Below, piece by piece: positions 39,306 through 49,620 of a stretch of 54,885 nt of DNA. The DNA is from Candidatus Methylomirabilis sp. (GTDB lineage: Bacteria; Methylomirabilota; Methylomirabilia; Methylomirabilales; CSP1-5): the NCBI GenBank assembly GCA_012974305.1, contig JAAXQN010000202.1, positions 1 to 54,885 on the forward strand. The letters are read 5' to 3'. The notes under the pieces are model-generated. The model had not been told where the DNA came from. It ran no database searches and saw only the letters and a program-made list of their open reading frames with translations. Both the position numbers and the translations under genes were made by a program. Each line of letters begins with the position of its first letter. Position 1 is the first letter of the stretch.

Positions 39306-40139
39306 ATGGCAGAGATTATTGAGGTGGGGCATAGTCCGGATCCGGACGATGCCTTCATGTTTTATGCGCTCACGGCAGGGAAGCTCGAGACAGGCGACCT
39401 GGAGTTCCGCCATGTCCTGCAGGATATCGAGACCCTGAACCGCTGGGCAATGGAGGGGAAACTCCCCGTGACCGCCATCTCCCTTCACGCTTACGCCTAT
39501 GTGGCTGACAAATATGCCCTGCTGCCTCACGGTGCGAGCATGGGAAGGAAGTACGGGCCGATTGTGGTGACACGAAAGCTGCTCGGCTTCGATGACCTCC
39601 GCCGTGAAACGATTGCGATCCCTGGAACGTTGACCACCGCCTTCCTCACCCTGCGGGTCTGCCTGGGGGAGTTTCCGTATGCGGTTGTCCCCTTCGAACA
39701 GATCCTTGAAGCGGTGGCCGAAGGACGATACGGTGCAGGAGTGATCATTCATGAGGGGCAACTGACATATCAGGATCATGGGCTCGTAAAAAGCTTGGAC
39801 CTGGGAGTCTGGTGGCACGACACAACGGGGCTCCCGCTACCACTTGGGGTCAACGCCGTCCGGCGGGATCTGGGAGAGGATAGAATGCGACAAATCGCTG
39901 GCCTCCTCGAGGCGAGCATCCATTATGCACTCGAGCATCGGCAAGAGGCGCTGGGGTACGCGATGGGTTTCGCCCGTGGGATGGACCGGTCTTCTACAGA
40001 CACCTTCGTAGGGATGTATGTGAATGATCTGACCCTGGCCTACGGGCAGGAGGGCCGGCGCGCAGCGGAAACGTTGCTCGAATGGGGGTTCAAAGAGGGG
40101 ATCTTACCCCGTCAGGTTGCAGTCCGCTTTGTAGAGTAG
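39306..40139 (+). CDS. MqnA/MqnD-family (futalosine-pathway menaquinone biosynthesis) protein
   Basis: 277 aa beginning GHSPDPDDAFMFYAL, with a periplasmic-binding-protein-like fold pattern. Confidence 0.65.
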   Translation: MAEIIEVGHSPDPDDAFMFYALTAGKLETGDLEFRHVLQDIETLNRWAMEGKLPVTAISLHAYAYVADKYALLPHGASMGRKYGPIVVTRKLLGFDDLRRETIAIPGTLTTAFLTLRVCLGEFPYAVVPFEQILEAVAEGRYGAGVIIHEGQLTYQDHGLVKSLDLGVWWHDTTGLPLPLGVNAVRRDLGEDRMRQIAGLLEASIHYALEHRQEALGYAMGFARGMDRSSTDTFVGMYVNDLTLAYGQEGRRAAETLLEWGFKEGILPRQVAVRFVE

Positions 40140-40163
40140 GGGGTGTGAGCCTGGCCCCCGACA

Positions 40164-40844
40164 TTACAATTGGTGGAGGATCCTGGTAAATTCCGAGAGA
40201 TGACCGGGGGGAAGTTCCGTTTGAGTGAGGAGTTCCTGCTGAAAGGCACCTGGGGCGTCATAGATCCGCTCGTTCAATTCGGCGACGCAAGTGAGGACAT
40301 GCTCGATCCGATGATCCACGATTCCGCTGAAAAGAGCCAGGAGGAGACTAAGGATGGGATTATCCGCTCGGACATATCCGTACAGATCGTATACGATGTA
40401 ACTCTCGCCACCCAGATCGAACGAGTCGTACCTTAGGACGACCACCGCCCGACCATATTTTCCCTGGGCTAGGACTACCCGTTTTTCGTCGTCAGCATAG
40501 ACCACCTGGAGGCGGGCCCATCCCCCCTTCGGGGTGGTCGCCTCGTAGACTCCTTCATCTGTCTGCTCGATCACGTAATCGGTTAAGTCCATGATTCGAC
40601 CGAGCTGGGAAGCGAAATCGAGGTGGTTTAGAAGATATTCGTACACCTCGCGGTGGCCTCTAAAGACTGCCCCTTTCTTCTCATCCACATACGAAGCCCC
40701 TTGTATCACCTCTTTGAGTTCCTGAGCACTGGAGTCATGGAGGAGAGAGTCGGGGATGACCCTGGATTGCTCCACGGCACCGCCCAGGCCCCACGGAGCA
40801 ATGGCAAAAGAAAAAGCGAGCATGATTAGAAAGATTCGACGCAT
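40164..40844 (-). CDS. hypothetical exported protein
   Basis: The start is taken at MRRIFLIMLAFSFAIAPWG (signal peptide). No recognisable motif. Confidence 0.45.
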   Translation of the reverse strand: MRRIFLIMLAFSFAIAPWGLGGAVEQSRVIPDSLLHDSSAQELKEVIQGASYVDEKKGAVFRGHREVYEYLLNHLDFASQLGRIMDLTDYVIEQTDEGVYEATTPKGGWARLQVVYADDEKRVVLAQGKYGRAVVVLRYDSFDLGGESYIVYDLYGYVRADNPILSLLLALFSGIVDHRIEHVLTCVAELNERIYDAPGAFQQELLTQTELPPGHLSEFTRILHQL

Positions 40845-41012
40845 CGAGCACCTTTTGAGGGCGGTAAAAACCATTATGTTGTAACTTATTGCTATTTAAG
40901 TGCCAACTTAGAAAGCGAACGATTCGACGTTGATTTTGGTGAAGGCCTTGCGGTAGAATCCCGTGGCTGTTTGCCGTTCAGATAGGTTATGGGAGACCAG
41001 CGAAGGGGGGGA

Positions 41013-41819
41013 ATGGTGAGCAACCCATTGAGTGGTTGGGCCCTTGTTCTGGGCGCGTCGAGCGGGTTCGGGGAGGCCACGAGCCTGGCCCTGGCTCGAG
41101 CGGGGATGCACATCTTTGGCGTTCACATGGATCGGAAGGCCACCCTGGCCAATGTTGAGCGGATCGTGGGAGAGATCCGGGGGATGGGGCGGGAGACCCA
41201 TTTCCTTAATATAAACGCCGCAGACGAGGAAAAGCGCCGGGAGGCGTTAAATCAAATGGAAAAAGTTCTGAAGGAGCGAGGCAAGGAGGGAGGGGTAAAG
41301 GTCCTCCTCCACTCATTGGCCTTCGGGACACTCAAGCCTTTTGTCGCAGCGAACCCGGCCGGGGCCATCAACAAGGTCCAGATGGACATGACCGTGGATG
41401 TCATGGCGCACAGTCTCGTCTACTGGGTCCAGGATCTGGTCTCGCGAGGACTGATGCGTGAAGGGGGAAGAGTCTTCGCCATGACGAGCTCTGGCGGGCA
41501 TCGGGTCTGGCACACGTATGGCGCTGTCTCCGCCGCCAAGGCTGTCTTGGAATCGCACGTCCGACAGCTGGCTCTGGAACTGGCTCCGATGGGGATTACG
41601 GTCAATGCGGTCCGTGCCGGGGTGACCGACACTCCGGCCCTCCGGAAGATCCCCGGTCATGAGAAGATGATCGAGGGGGCCCAGGAGCGCAATCCGTTTC
41701 ACCGTATTACGACGCCTGCCGATGTCGCAGCCGCAATGGTAGGGCTGTGCCAACCGGGGGTGTATTGGGTGACGGGTAATGTGATCGGGGTGGACGGGGG
41801 AGAGGATATCGTAGGGTAG
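41013..41819 (+). CDS. short-chain dehydrogenase/reductase (enoyl-reductase-like)
   Basis: ALVLGASSGFG cofactor motif and an SDR-length protein. Confidence 0.75.
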   Translation: MVSNPLSGWALVLGASSGFGEATSLALARAGMHIFGVHMDRKATLANVERIVGEIRGMGRETHFLNINAADEEKRREALNQMEKVLKERGKEGGVKVLLHSLAFGTLKPFVAANPAGAINKVQMDMTVDVMAHSLVYWVQDLVSRGLMREGGRVFAMTSSGGHRVWHTYGAVSAAKAVLESHVRQLALELAPMGITVNAVRAGVTDTPALRKIPGHEKMIEGAQERNPFHRITTPADVAAAMVGLCQPGVYWVTGNVIGVDGGEDIVG

Positions 41820-41925
41820 CGTATTCTCGTCCGAAAGCCGGTCTTCCAATATATTCTTACCGCTGAACGGTCGCCGAGACATGCGCTAAGTTATGGCCTG
41901 CAGGCCTGAGATCGTGAATGATGTG

Positions 41926-42636
41926 TCACGCTGAGGGGGACGGTTCGGGGGGCTTGCTGAGGATTGCCAGGAGCTCCTCAGGTCGGCTCAGGTCCTTCAG
42001 CAGGTGGTCGGGAGACGCCTGAAGTAGCGTTTCCCAGGAGTCGCCGCCAGTCGCCACAGCGACAGTTGTTGCGCCCGCTTCGCGGCCACAGGTGATATCC
42101 AGATCGGTATCGCCAATGACGACGACCCTCATATCTTTCTTCGATTCGCCCATAATGCTTCTTCCCCGCTCGATCGCCTTCTGGATGAGCGCCGTCCGGT
42201 TCTGTGCGTCCGAGCCGAATCCCCCGAAGGAAAAGTAGCGATTCAGGTCAGCGCGGCTCAGCTTGATCCGGGCCGCAGTTTCTAGATTGCCTGTGGCAAG
42301 ACCCAACCGGAACTCCGGTCGACCGGCAAGCATCTCGAGCAGGTCGGGCAGTCCTGGCATGATACGGTAGCCCGGTGAGTGACGCACTTCCTCTTGCAGA
42401 TAAGGAAGATACCGACTACAGATCGCCTGGATCTCCGCCGGGGTGGGGAGCCGGCCAAACCCGGCAGTAAAGAGGTCCTCGATGATGTCCGGATCCGTCC
42501 GGCCGTGAAACCGAATCCCGTCAGTGAGCGCTTCGATGCTGAACAATTCGCGAAACGTCCTTTGAAACGCTCGAATCCCAGCCCCTCCGGTGAGGATAAG
42601 TGTTCCGTCCACGTCAAAGAGCAAGAGAGTAGTCAT
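41926..42636 (-). CDS. HAD-superfamily hydrolase (phosphoglycolate-phosphatase-like)
   Basis: LLFDVDGTL motif I and VVIGDTDLD motif IV. Confidence 0.8.
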   Translation of the reverse strand: MTTLLLFDVDGTLILTGGAGIRAFQRTFRELFSIEALTDGIRFHGRTDPDIIEDLFTAGFGRLPTPAEIQAICSRYLPYLQEEVRHSPGYRIMPGLPDLLEMLAGRPEFRLGLATGNLETAARIKLSRADLNRYFSFGGFGSDAQNRTALIQKAIERGRSIMGESKKDMRVVVIGDTDLDITCGREAGATTVAVATGGDSWETLLQASPDHLLKDLSRPEELLAILSKPPEPSPSA

Positions 42637-42665
42637 CAGTAGATCCTCCCAAGCCTCAAGAGGGG

Positions 42666-43244
42666 TCAGCGCCTTTCGCCGGCGCCGAACAGGATTTCGC
42701 CGAAGTGGCGCAGGATCCTAGCGGTAGCCCCCCAGATCGTGTGGGGCCCCTCCCGACGGACGAAGACCCGGACCTTTTCTCTTTCCCTCTCCCAGACCTC
42801 CTCATGGAAGGCCTGCGGGTCTTTGAGGAGCTGCAAGGGGAAGGAGAGAATCTCAGCGATCTCCCTCGCTTCGATCTGAAAGGGATATCGGGAGGGGATA
42901 ACGCCGACCACAGGGGTGATGAGGAAATTGGAGGTGGCAGTAGAGGTATCGTCCAGCTCTCCAAACACCTCCACATCCTTGGGATGGATGCCTATCTCCT
43001 CATGGGCCTCTCTCAGAGCCGTGGCGATTGGGTCTCGATCTTCCGGCTGCCAGGTCCCGCCGGGAAAGGCGATCTGTCCTTGATGCGTCTTGACATGATC
43101 CGTTCTCTTGATAAGAAGAATTTCAAATCCTCCTTCACCGTGGTAGAGAGGGACCAGCACCGCTGCCTGCTGTTTTCCCTCGGAGGGCAGAGATGTTCGT
43201 TGGCGGCCTGTGATGATGCGGCGGATTTCCTCCTTCTCGATCAT
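42666..43244 (-). CDS. NUDIX hydrolase (CoA pyrophosphatase-like)
   Basis: Nudix box GGTWQPEDRDPIATALREAHEEIGI. Confidence 0.8.
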   Translation of the reverse strand: MIEKEEIRRIITGRQRTSLPSEGKQQAAVLVPLYHGEGGFEILLIKRTDHVKTHQGQIAFPGGTWQPEDRDPIATALREAHEEIGIHPKDVEVFGELDDTSTATSNFLITPVVGVIPSRYPFQIEAREIAEILSFPLQLLKDPQAFHEEVWEREREKVRVFVRREGPHTIWGATARILRHFGEILFGAGERR

Positions 43245-43945
43245 ACGTACCTCTTGAACCAGGCAATACTCAGCCGGACAGCTTCCTCCCGGTGTTTAAG
43301 GTTGCTGAATCGATGGTCTGCGCCCACCATGATCTCGAGGGCTTTCGGCTCCTTGGCCTGTTCGTAAAGGGCCCGGCCGTGACGGTGAGGGATCAGTTCG
43401 TCCTGTTCCCCATGAATAATCAGGCAACGGGGGATGCCAGCCGGGACCTCTGCAAAGGTTCCCTGTGCCAGCTCTTGAAAGAACGCGGCGCCGAGCCCGT
43501 GAGCCGTTAAGGCTTCCTTCCGGGCTTGCAAATCCCGAAGATGAACCGGAGTTGCCCAGAGGGCGGTGGCCATCACCTGGGGCGCCTCGGCTGCCACAAA
43601 GGAGGCGATATAACCTCCGAGGCTGCTTCCCAAGAGGAAAAAACGTTCGTCCAGCGCCGGGTGGTCCCGAAGGTGCGAGAGGACTGCCTTGAGGTCACTG
43701 ATCCGGCCGGCAACGGTGGTGTCCTTGAGCTGTCCACTACTCTCACCGCACCCTCTGAAATCAAACCGAAGGCAGGCAAATCCTGCCTTGGTGAGCCGCG
43801 CTGCAAGAAGCAGGTATTTGTCGCTCGCTTTTGCGCTGAGGAGACCGTGGGCGGTAATCACGCAGGGCCACCGGCCCGCACCCGGGAGGTGCAGCACCCC
43901 ATCGAGCCGCTCTCCCTCGGACCAGGTGAGCAGCGGCTCAAGCAC
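43241..43945 (-). CDS. alpha/beta hydrolase
   Basis: GSSLGG nucleophile elbow. The stop overlaps the next start. Confidence 0.75.
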   Translation of the reverse strand: MLEPLLTWSEGERLDGVLHLPGAGRWPCVITAHGLLSAKASDKYLLLAARLTKAGFACLRFDFRGCGESSGQLKDTTVAGRISDLKAVLSHLRDHPALDERFFLLGSSLGGYIASFVAAEAPQVMATALWATPVHLRDLQARKEALTAHGLGAAFFQELAQGTFAEVPAGIPRCLIIHGEQDELIPHRHGRALYEQAKEPKALEIMVGADHRFSNLKHREEAVRLSIAWFKRYV

Positions 43946-44540
43946 CAGTCTCCCTCAATTCTCGGATTTCGTGGTGGGTCCAGAGGGCCTGTTCTTCCTG
44001 ACTCAGTTCTGCAAGATCCCAGAGGTTTACGATAATGTACCGATCTCCTGAAATTCCGGTCGCCCATCGGTAACGGACATATACTGGGTGGACTCCCTCC
44101 TTTATCAATCTTGCCCGCCTGGTCACAATGAGATCCGGGTTCACCTCGATGTCCGGATTCTGCCGGTAGAGGTCGAGAATGGCTGGGCGGAACCGGAAAA
44201 GCTCGTCCTGGTTAATTCCTTGATAGAGGAGATTTTTGTAGGCGCCGAAATCCTGCTTTGCTTTGTCAAAGCGGGCCTTGAGAATTGATTGGGACGGAAG
44301 GACATACGTGGACCGGAGGGTCTGGGGAACCGATCGATCGAGCACGCCGGGATCGGCAAGCCCCACCCGGGGCTGGTAGATCTCCACAAGCCCCTCCTGT
44401 GCCATGTCTCCCAAGAGCTTGAGGACTTCCGTCTCGGAGATTTCAAGAGATTCGGCGACAGTCAACGCCGGGATCAGATTAAATTGCTCCTGCCAGTACC
44501 CGACGAGATAGTCTAGAATCCGTTGGTGCTGAAAATCCAT
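43938..44540 (-). CDS. hypothetical protein with an N-terminal winged-helix-like segment
   Basis: 200 aa, first gene of a 4-gene overlapping string. The N-terminus ILDYLVGYW...TVAESLEISETEVLKLLGDMAQEGLVE looks wHTH-like. Confidence 0.45.
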   Translation of the reverse strand: MDFQHQRILDYLVGYWQEQFNLIPALTVAESLEISETEVLKLLGDMAQEGLVEIYQPRVGLADPGVLDRSVPQTLRSTYVLPSQSILKARFDKAKQDFGAYKNLLYQGINQDELFRFRPAILDLYRQNPDIEVNPDLIVTRRARLIKEGVHPVYVRYRWATGISGDRYIIVNLWDLAELSQEEQALWTHHEIRELRETGA

Positions 44541-44765
44541 GAGTCATTTTGGAGAGTGCTTACCGCTGGATTTCATCTCTGAGATGGTTGAGCACCGGCG
44601 ATTCCCAAATCAGCATACCGGATCATTTGAAGGTGCGCAAGTTGTGATAGGAAAACGGTGTGTAGCATCAGATGCGGTTTGCTTGACGCTTCTGAAGACG
44701 GCTGCTATGTTATGCTGAGATTATGACGTAGGCCCTAAGGGCATTTGGGTGCTGCGAGGTAGCGG

Positions 44766-45185
44766 ATGCAGGTCGGCGAGCGGATGAAGACGGAATTGCT
44801 CCACGTGAGCCCCTCGGATAGCGTACGAACCGCTTGGGGACTCCTGCGGGAGCATCAGATTCGCCACCTGCCGGTGGTGGAGGACGGAAAACTCGCGGGT
44901 ATCATCACGGATCGGGATATCCGGCTCGTCTTTCCATCGGCGATTACGGCGGGCCAGAGAGAGCAAGATCCGCATGACGCCCTCGAAAAGGTTTCGGTGC
45001 AAGAAATCATGTCGAGACCGGTCGTCACGGTGACGTCGGAGACCCCCATTGCCGATGCCGCGCGCCTTTTCCTCGAACGTCGGATCGGCGGCCTTCCGGT
45101 AGTGGAGGGAGAACACCTGGTGGGGATCATTACCAGGGATGACATCCTCGCAGCCTTCGTGGAGATCATGGAAGCGAGGTATTAG
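44766..45185 (+). CDS. CBS-domain pair protein
   Basis: 139 aa with two CBS repeats (HLPVVEDGKLAGIITDRD; GLPVVEGEHLVGIITRDD). Confidence 0.8.
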   Translation: MQVGERMKTELLHVSPSDSVRTAWGLLREHQIRHLPVVEDGKLAGIITDRDIRLVFPSAITAGQREQDPHDALEKVSVQEIMSRPVVTVTSETPIADAARLFLERRIGGLPVVEGEHLVGIITRDDILAAFVEIMEARY

Positions 45186-45583
45186 AAATTAGGCCCCCAA
45201 CCGGACTCCTCCACCGCCCGGAAGATGTCGGTATCGCTTACGATCCCGATAATCTTACTGCCCTGACGTACCAAGACCCGTCGGATCCCCTTCTCGCTCA
45301 TCAGCCTGGCCGCGTCCGCGAGGGGATAGTCAGGGGGCACGGTAATGAGGCTTGTGGTCATGACGTCCTGAACATTCAGCGTCTTGGGATCTTTCCCATG
45401 CGAGACAACCTTGGAGATGATGTCCCGCTTGGTCATCATCCCCTCAGGCTCCCCGGGCGTCGCTGGCGTGACCATGAGGCTCGAGATACCTTTCTCCTGC
45501 ATCTGATGTATTGCCTCCGCCACGGACTTGTTCGCTTCGATGCTCACCACCGGGCTCTTCATGATACTGGCCACCGTGTACAT
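45182..45583 (-). CDS. CBS-domain pair protein
   Basis: 133 aa with two CBS repeats. Convergent with the previous gene, and their 3' ends overlap by 4 nt. Confidence 0.8.
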   Translation of the reverse strand: MYTVASIMKSPVVSIEANKSVAEAIHQMQEKGISSLMVTPATPGEPEGMMTKRDIISKVVSHGKDPKTLNVQDVMTTSLITVPPDYPLADAARLMSEKGIRRVLVRQGSKIIGIVSDTDIFRAVEESGWGPNF

Positions 45584-45609
45584 GGGTCTCCCCCTGGATT
45601 GTGCTCTGG

Positions 45610-46773
45610 TTAGCTCATGCTTGCGTGAAGCTTCACTGTATTCAGGACGAGCTCCGCTGATCGGACCATATCATCGAGCAGCAGATACTCCCGCACCGTG
45701 TGGACCTCCCGCTGCCCAGTCCCCACATTAGCCACCTCGAGCCCCTTGGCGCAAAGGAAATTGGCGTCGGAGGCCCCGCCCGTTCGCCAGAGGGTGATTT
45801 CGCGCCCGAGAGTATGGGCGGCGTGTCGAACAAGTTGGACAATCCGAGCCTCCTCAGGAATGAAGAGCCGATCGTAGTCCCGCTGGACCTGGTACGTGAC
45901 TTGGCCCCGGTGGGTCGTCCCGTCCAGTGTGAGCTGGTGCTGGCCTGCCGCCTCCTCGAAGCAGCGGATCATGTGCTCGGTCTGGGCCTTGAGTTTGGCC
46001 TCGTCGTGGCTGCGCGCCTCCCCGTGGACGGTGACGGCGCTGGGGATGATGTTGATGGCGATACCGCCCTCGATCGTTCCAATGTTCGCCGTGGTCTCGT
46101 CATCTAGGCGGCCGAGCCGCATCCCCGCGATAGCCTCGCTGGCTATCCGGATCGCATTGATCCCCCTCTCAGGACAGACCCCGGCGTGAGCCTCGAAACC
46201 CTGGAGGGTGAACTGGAGTCGATTGGCGGCCGGTGCCCTGGTAATCAGTCGATCGGGATCGCTGCTGTCCAGTATGAGGCCGGTGCGGGCATGGAGGCGG
46301 GAAACGTCCAGGTGTCTCGCCCCAAGTAGGCCGCTCTCTTCGCAAATGGTGAAAACGATCTCGAGCTCTGCGTACGGGACCTTTTCTTTCTGGAGCGCCC
46401 GGAGCACTTCACAGATGATGGCGATCCCGCTTTTGTCGTCCGCCCCCAAGATCGTGGATCCGTCGCTTTTGATGAGGTTCTCCTCAACCTGGGGCTTGAT
46501 CCCCTCACCGGGCCCAACGGTATCCATATGGGCGCAGAGTAGGAAGGGAGTTCCCCCTGATCGGGTGCCGGGAATGCGCGCGATGAGGTTTCCAACCGTT
46601 CCGCCTACCATCTGATCCGTCTGGTCAAAGCTCACCTCGGCTCCCAAAGAAGTTAGCTCCTCCTTGAGGTGCATCGCGATCTCTCGCTCCTTCCGGGAAG
46701 GGCTGTCAATTTGCACCAGCGTCAGGAAATGGTCGCGCATCCGGTCACGATTAATCATGCGTTTCCCCCGCAT
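45610..46773 (-). CDS. M20/M25/M40-family metallopeptidase
   Basis: 387 aa with CAHMDTVGPG and GADDKSG metal-ligand motifs. Confidence 0.8.
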   Translation of the reverse strand: MRGKRMINRDRMRDHFLTLVQIDSPSRKEREIAMHLKEELTSLGAEVSFDQTDQMVGGTVGNLIARIPGTRSGGTPFLLCAHMDTVGPGEGIKPQVEENLIKSDGSTILGADDKSGIAIICEVLRALQKEKVPYAELEIVFTICEESGLLGARHLDVSRLHARTGLILDSSDPDRLITRAPAANRLQFTLQGFEAHAGVCPERGINAIRIASEAIAGMRLGRLDDETTANIGTIEGGIAINIIPSAVTVHGEARSHDEAKLKAQTEHMIRCFEEAAGQHQLTLDGTTHRGQVTYQVQRDYDRLFIPEEARIVQLVRHAAHTLGREITLWRTGGASDANFLCAKGLEVANVGTGQREVHTVREYLLLDDMVRSAELVLNTVKLHASMS

Positions 46774-46836
46774 TCTCAGGATTGCCTGCCCCTTAGGATA
46801 CTATACGGGTTGGGAGGCCGCAAAGGGAAAGGCCGA

Positions 46837-49587
46837 TCAGACAGCCAAGGCGGCGACCCGCTCGCGGAGTCGGGCGGCAATGACTTCATACAGGTCGGCT
46901 TCGGGAGGGATCGGACCTTCATCGAGGAGTTCTTGCACTGTGACCGGCGGGCCAAAGACGATTGTCAGGGGATGGAGTCGGGGAAAGCGCTTACCCCGAG
47001 GCCAAATGTCGAACGAACCGAGGATCCGGACCGGAAGCAGGGGAAGATTCAGTTCCTTGGCCAGAATGGATACCCCTTTTTTGAAGGGCTTGATCTGGCC
47101 GTCAATTGAGCGCGCTCCTTCGGGAAAGACACAGAGGAATTCCCCCTGCCTCAAAACATACGCTGCCGCTTGTAGCGCCTGAAACAAGTAGGTATCGGCA
47201 TCCACGTGGATAACCCGATACGCCTTGCCAAACATGGCGGTGACCGGATTTCTGAAGAATTGATGAAAGCCCAGAAAGTTCACCTGACGAACAAGACGGA
47301 ACTCAAGGGCGGCCCCGAGGGCAAACCCGTCGACGTAGCTGGCGTGATTGGGAGTGATCAGATAGGGGCCCCGATCCGGCACGTGGCTCAGGCCGTGGAC
47401 CCGGAAACGGCAAAGCAGACGGAAGACGAGGCGTAGGAGCTTGTGGGAGAGAAAAGAGACGGCAATAGCCCAGGGCTTGTTGCTCTCTGCGATCTCGGCC
47501 CGGACACTTTCTGGGGGCTCACCTGCCAAGATCTCGTTCCACGGGGGGCGGCGGGCCTCTCGCTCTTCCTGGATGACCTCTGGGTGTTCAGCCAGACACT
47601 CCTGTACCTTAACTACCAGATCTCGCACTGTAAACAGCGCGGGGCCGGCCTCTGCAGGGAGATCGATGTCGAACAACTCTTCGAGGGCCACCATCAGCTC
47701 GATCCGTGATAGAGAATCCAGGCCGAGGTCCAGTTCCAAGTTATCGTCGAGACGGATTCCTTTCTTCTTCCGCGCCACGACCGGGAGGTATGCGAGGACT
47801 TTCCGAGTGACCGGGCTTTCCCAAAGGTGCTGGTCTGCTTCCGATGGTGGTAGCCCTTCATCCACTTCGACTCGCAGGGTTTCTCCCCTGAGATACATCT
47901 CGTGAACCAAGTGCCGTTGGATTTTGCCCAACCGGGTCCTGGGAAAGGGGTCTTTCACGATCCGGAGCTGGGTCGGGCGCTTGGAAGCAGGAAGCTCCCG
48001 AGAGAGGCGGTCCATATCCCATCGGATCACGTCCTCGGAGTTGGCGAGTCGTTCAGCCCTGAGGTGGTCGAAGTTGGGGACGACCAGCGCGGCCACCCCC
48101 TCTGTGCGGGGGGTGCCGAGCTCGCCGACCCCCAACAGACAGATCTCTTTGATATAGGGGCTCTTCAGGTAGTGGGCCTCTACCTCCTCAGGGTAGATGT
48201 TTTTTCCCGTGGAGAGGACGATGACCTCCTTGAGCCGTCCTGTGATGAAGAGATACCCGTTGGCGTTGAGATACCCGAGGTCTCCCGAAAGAAACCAGCC
48301 TTTCTGGAAACTCTGGGTGGTTCCTTCCGCGTCCTTGAAGTAACCTTGCATCACGTTGGGGCCCTGGATGGCGATCTCGCCGAGTCCCTCCGGATCCGGC
48401 TGCATGATTCGGACTCGGACACCAGGGAGCGGCACGCCGACCGACTCAAAGCGGGACTCGGTCATCGGAGTGAAGGTGACGGCCGGGGAGGTCTCGGTGA
48501 GGCCGTAGCCTTCGAGGACGGTGAAGCCCAGACGGTAGAAGTCCCGGCCGACCGTGGGATCGAGCTTGGCGCCCCCGCTCGTGAGGATCCGGAGCCTGCC
48601 ACCAAAGCGACGATGAATCTGAGTGAAGAGAAGGCGGCCGGCGTTCATTCCGAAATACTGTCGTGCGCCGCCGGCGAGACCCAAGAGAACGTTGAAGAGA
48701 AGTCGAATCGGCCGAGCCCGCTTCTTGACCTCCTGAAAGACCCCTCGATGGAGGAGGGAAAGGAGCTGGGGTACCGCCACAAGGATAGTGACTCCGGTCT
48801 CCTGCATACATTCCAGTAGATCAGGAGGCTTCAGGCTATGGAGGAAAGTGACCCGGGCCCCAAGGAGGAGGGGCACCAGAAACGTGCTCATAAAGGGGTA
48901 AACGTGATGCAGCGGCAAGAGTGCCAGCACGTTGTCCTCAGGCCCGAATACCTGGAGGTCCCTCACGGCGGAGGAGTTCGACAAAAAATTGCTGTGGCTG
49001 AGCATTACCCCTTTGGGGATTCCGGTGGTCCCCGAGGTGTACAGGATTGAGGCAATCGCCTCCGGTGGAGGAGAAGGTAGTGTGACATTCTCGGTGTTCT
49101 GCAGAATTTCGGAGAGGGTGTGAACCCCCGGGAGGGCCTTCTCATCTAACAGGATGATCTCGGGGCGGGGAGAAAGGCGAGCGATGAGCTCATGCACCTT
49201 GGCCAGTTCGGTTTCCGAGACGATGATAGCCCGGCTCTCGGAATGGCAAAGGAGATTTTCCACCTCCTGTGTGTCCAGTTGGGCATCGAGAGGGACCGCC
49301 GTGGCTCCAGAAACCACGATTCCCAGGTAGGCAACGCACCACTCCGGCCGGTTTTCAGAAAAGAGGGCGACGCGATCCCCAGGGGTGATCTCGAGCTGGA
49401 GGAGGAAAGTCGCGAGGCAACGCGCCTGATCTTCGACGTCGCCGTAAGTCCATCGTACGTATTGGCCGTCTCGCTTGATCTGGAAAGCGACCCGGTCCCG
49501 AAAGAGGGTTACCGCCTCAAAAAACTGGACGGGGATTGTTTGGGCTGCTAGCATGCCACGATGATAACAGTTTCTGTGATTGCCCAC
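46837..49587 (-). CDS. tri-domain acyl-AMP ligase / carrier-protein / lysophospholipid acyltransferase fusion
   Basis: 916 aa carrying the AMP-binding YTSGTTGIPKGV, carrier-domain LGLDSLSRIEL, and acyltransferase NHASYVDG plus FPEGARS. The start may be Met12. Confidence 0.8.
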   Translation of the reverse strand: MGNHRNCYHRGMLAAQTIPVQFFEAVTLFRDRVAFQIKRDGQYVRWTYGDVEDQARCLATFLLQLEITPGDRVALFSENRPEWCVAYLGIVVSGATAVPLDAQLDTQEVENLLCHSESRAIIVSETELAKVHELIARLSPRPEIILLDEKALPGVHTLSEILQNTENVTLPSPPPEAIASILYTSGTTGIPKGVMLSHSNFLSNSSAVRDLQVFGPEDNVLALLPLHHVYPFMSTFLVPLLLGARVTFLHSLKPPDLLECMQETGVTILVAVPQLLSLLHRGVFQEVKKRARPIRLLFNVLLGLAGGARQYFGMNAGRLLFTQIHRRFGGRLRILTSGGAKLDPTVGRDFYRLGFTVLEGYGLTETSPAVTFTPMTESRFESVGVPLPGVRVRIMQPDPEGLGEIAIQGPNVMQGYFKDAEGTTQSFQKGWFLSGDLGYLNANGYLFITGRLKEVIVLSTGKNIYPEEVEAHYLKSPYIKEICLLGVGELGTPRTEGVAALVVPNFDHLRAERLANSEDVIRWDMDRLSRELPASKRPTQLRIVKDPFPRTRLGKIQRHLVHEMYLRGETLRVEVDEGLPPSEADQHLWESPVTRKVLAYLPVVARKKKGIRLDDNLELDLGLDSLSRIELMVALEELFDIDLPAEAGPALFTVRDLVVKVQECLAEHPEVIQEEREARRPPWNEILAGEPPESVRAEIAESNKPWAIAVSFLSHKLLRLVFRLLCRFRVHGLSHVPDRGPYLITPNHASYVDGFALGAALEFRLVRQVNFLGFHQFFRNPVTAMFGKAYRVIHVDADTYLFQALQAAAYVLRQGEFLCVFPEGARSIDGQIKPFKKGVSILAKELNLPLLPVRILGSFDIWPRGKRFPRLHPLTIVFGPPVTVQELLDEGPIPPEADLYEVIAARLRERVAALAV

Positions 49588-49620
49588 AATCAGAGGGGGG
49601 AGAGCGTGTCGGAGGCGTCA

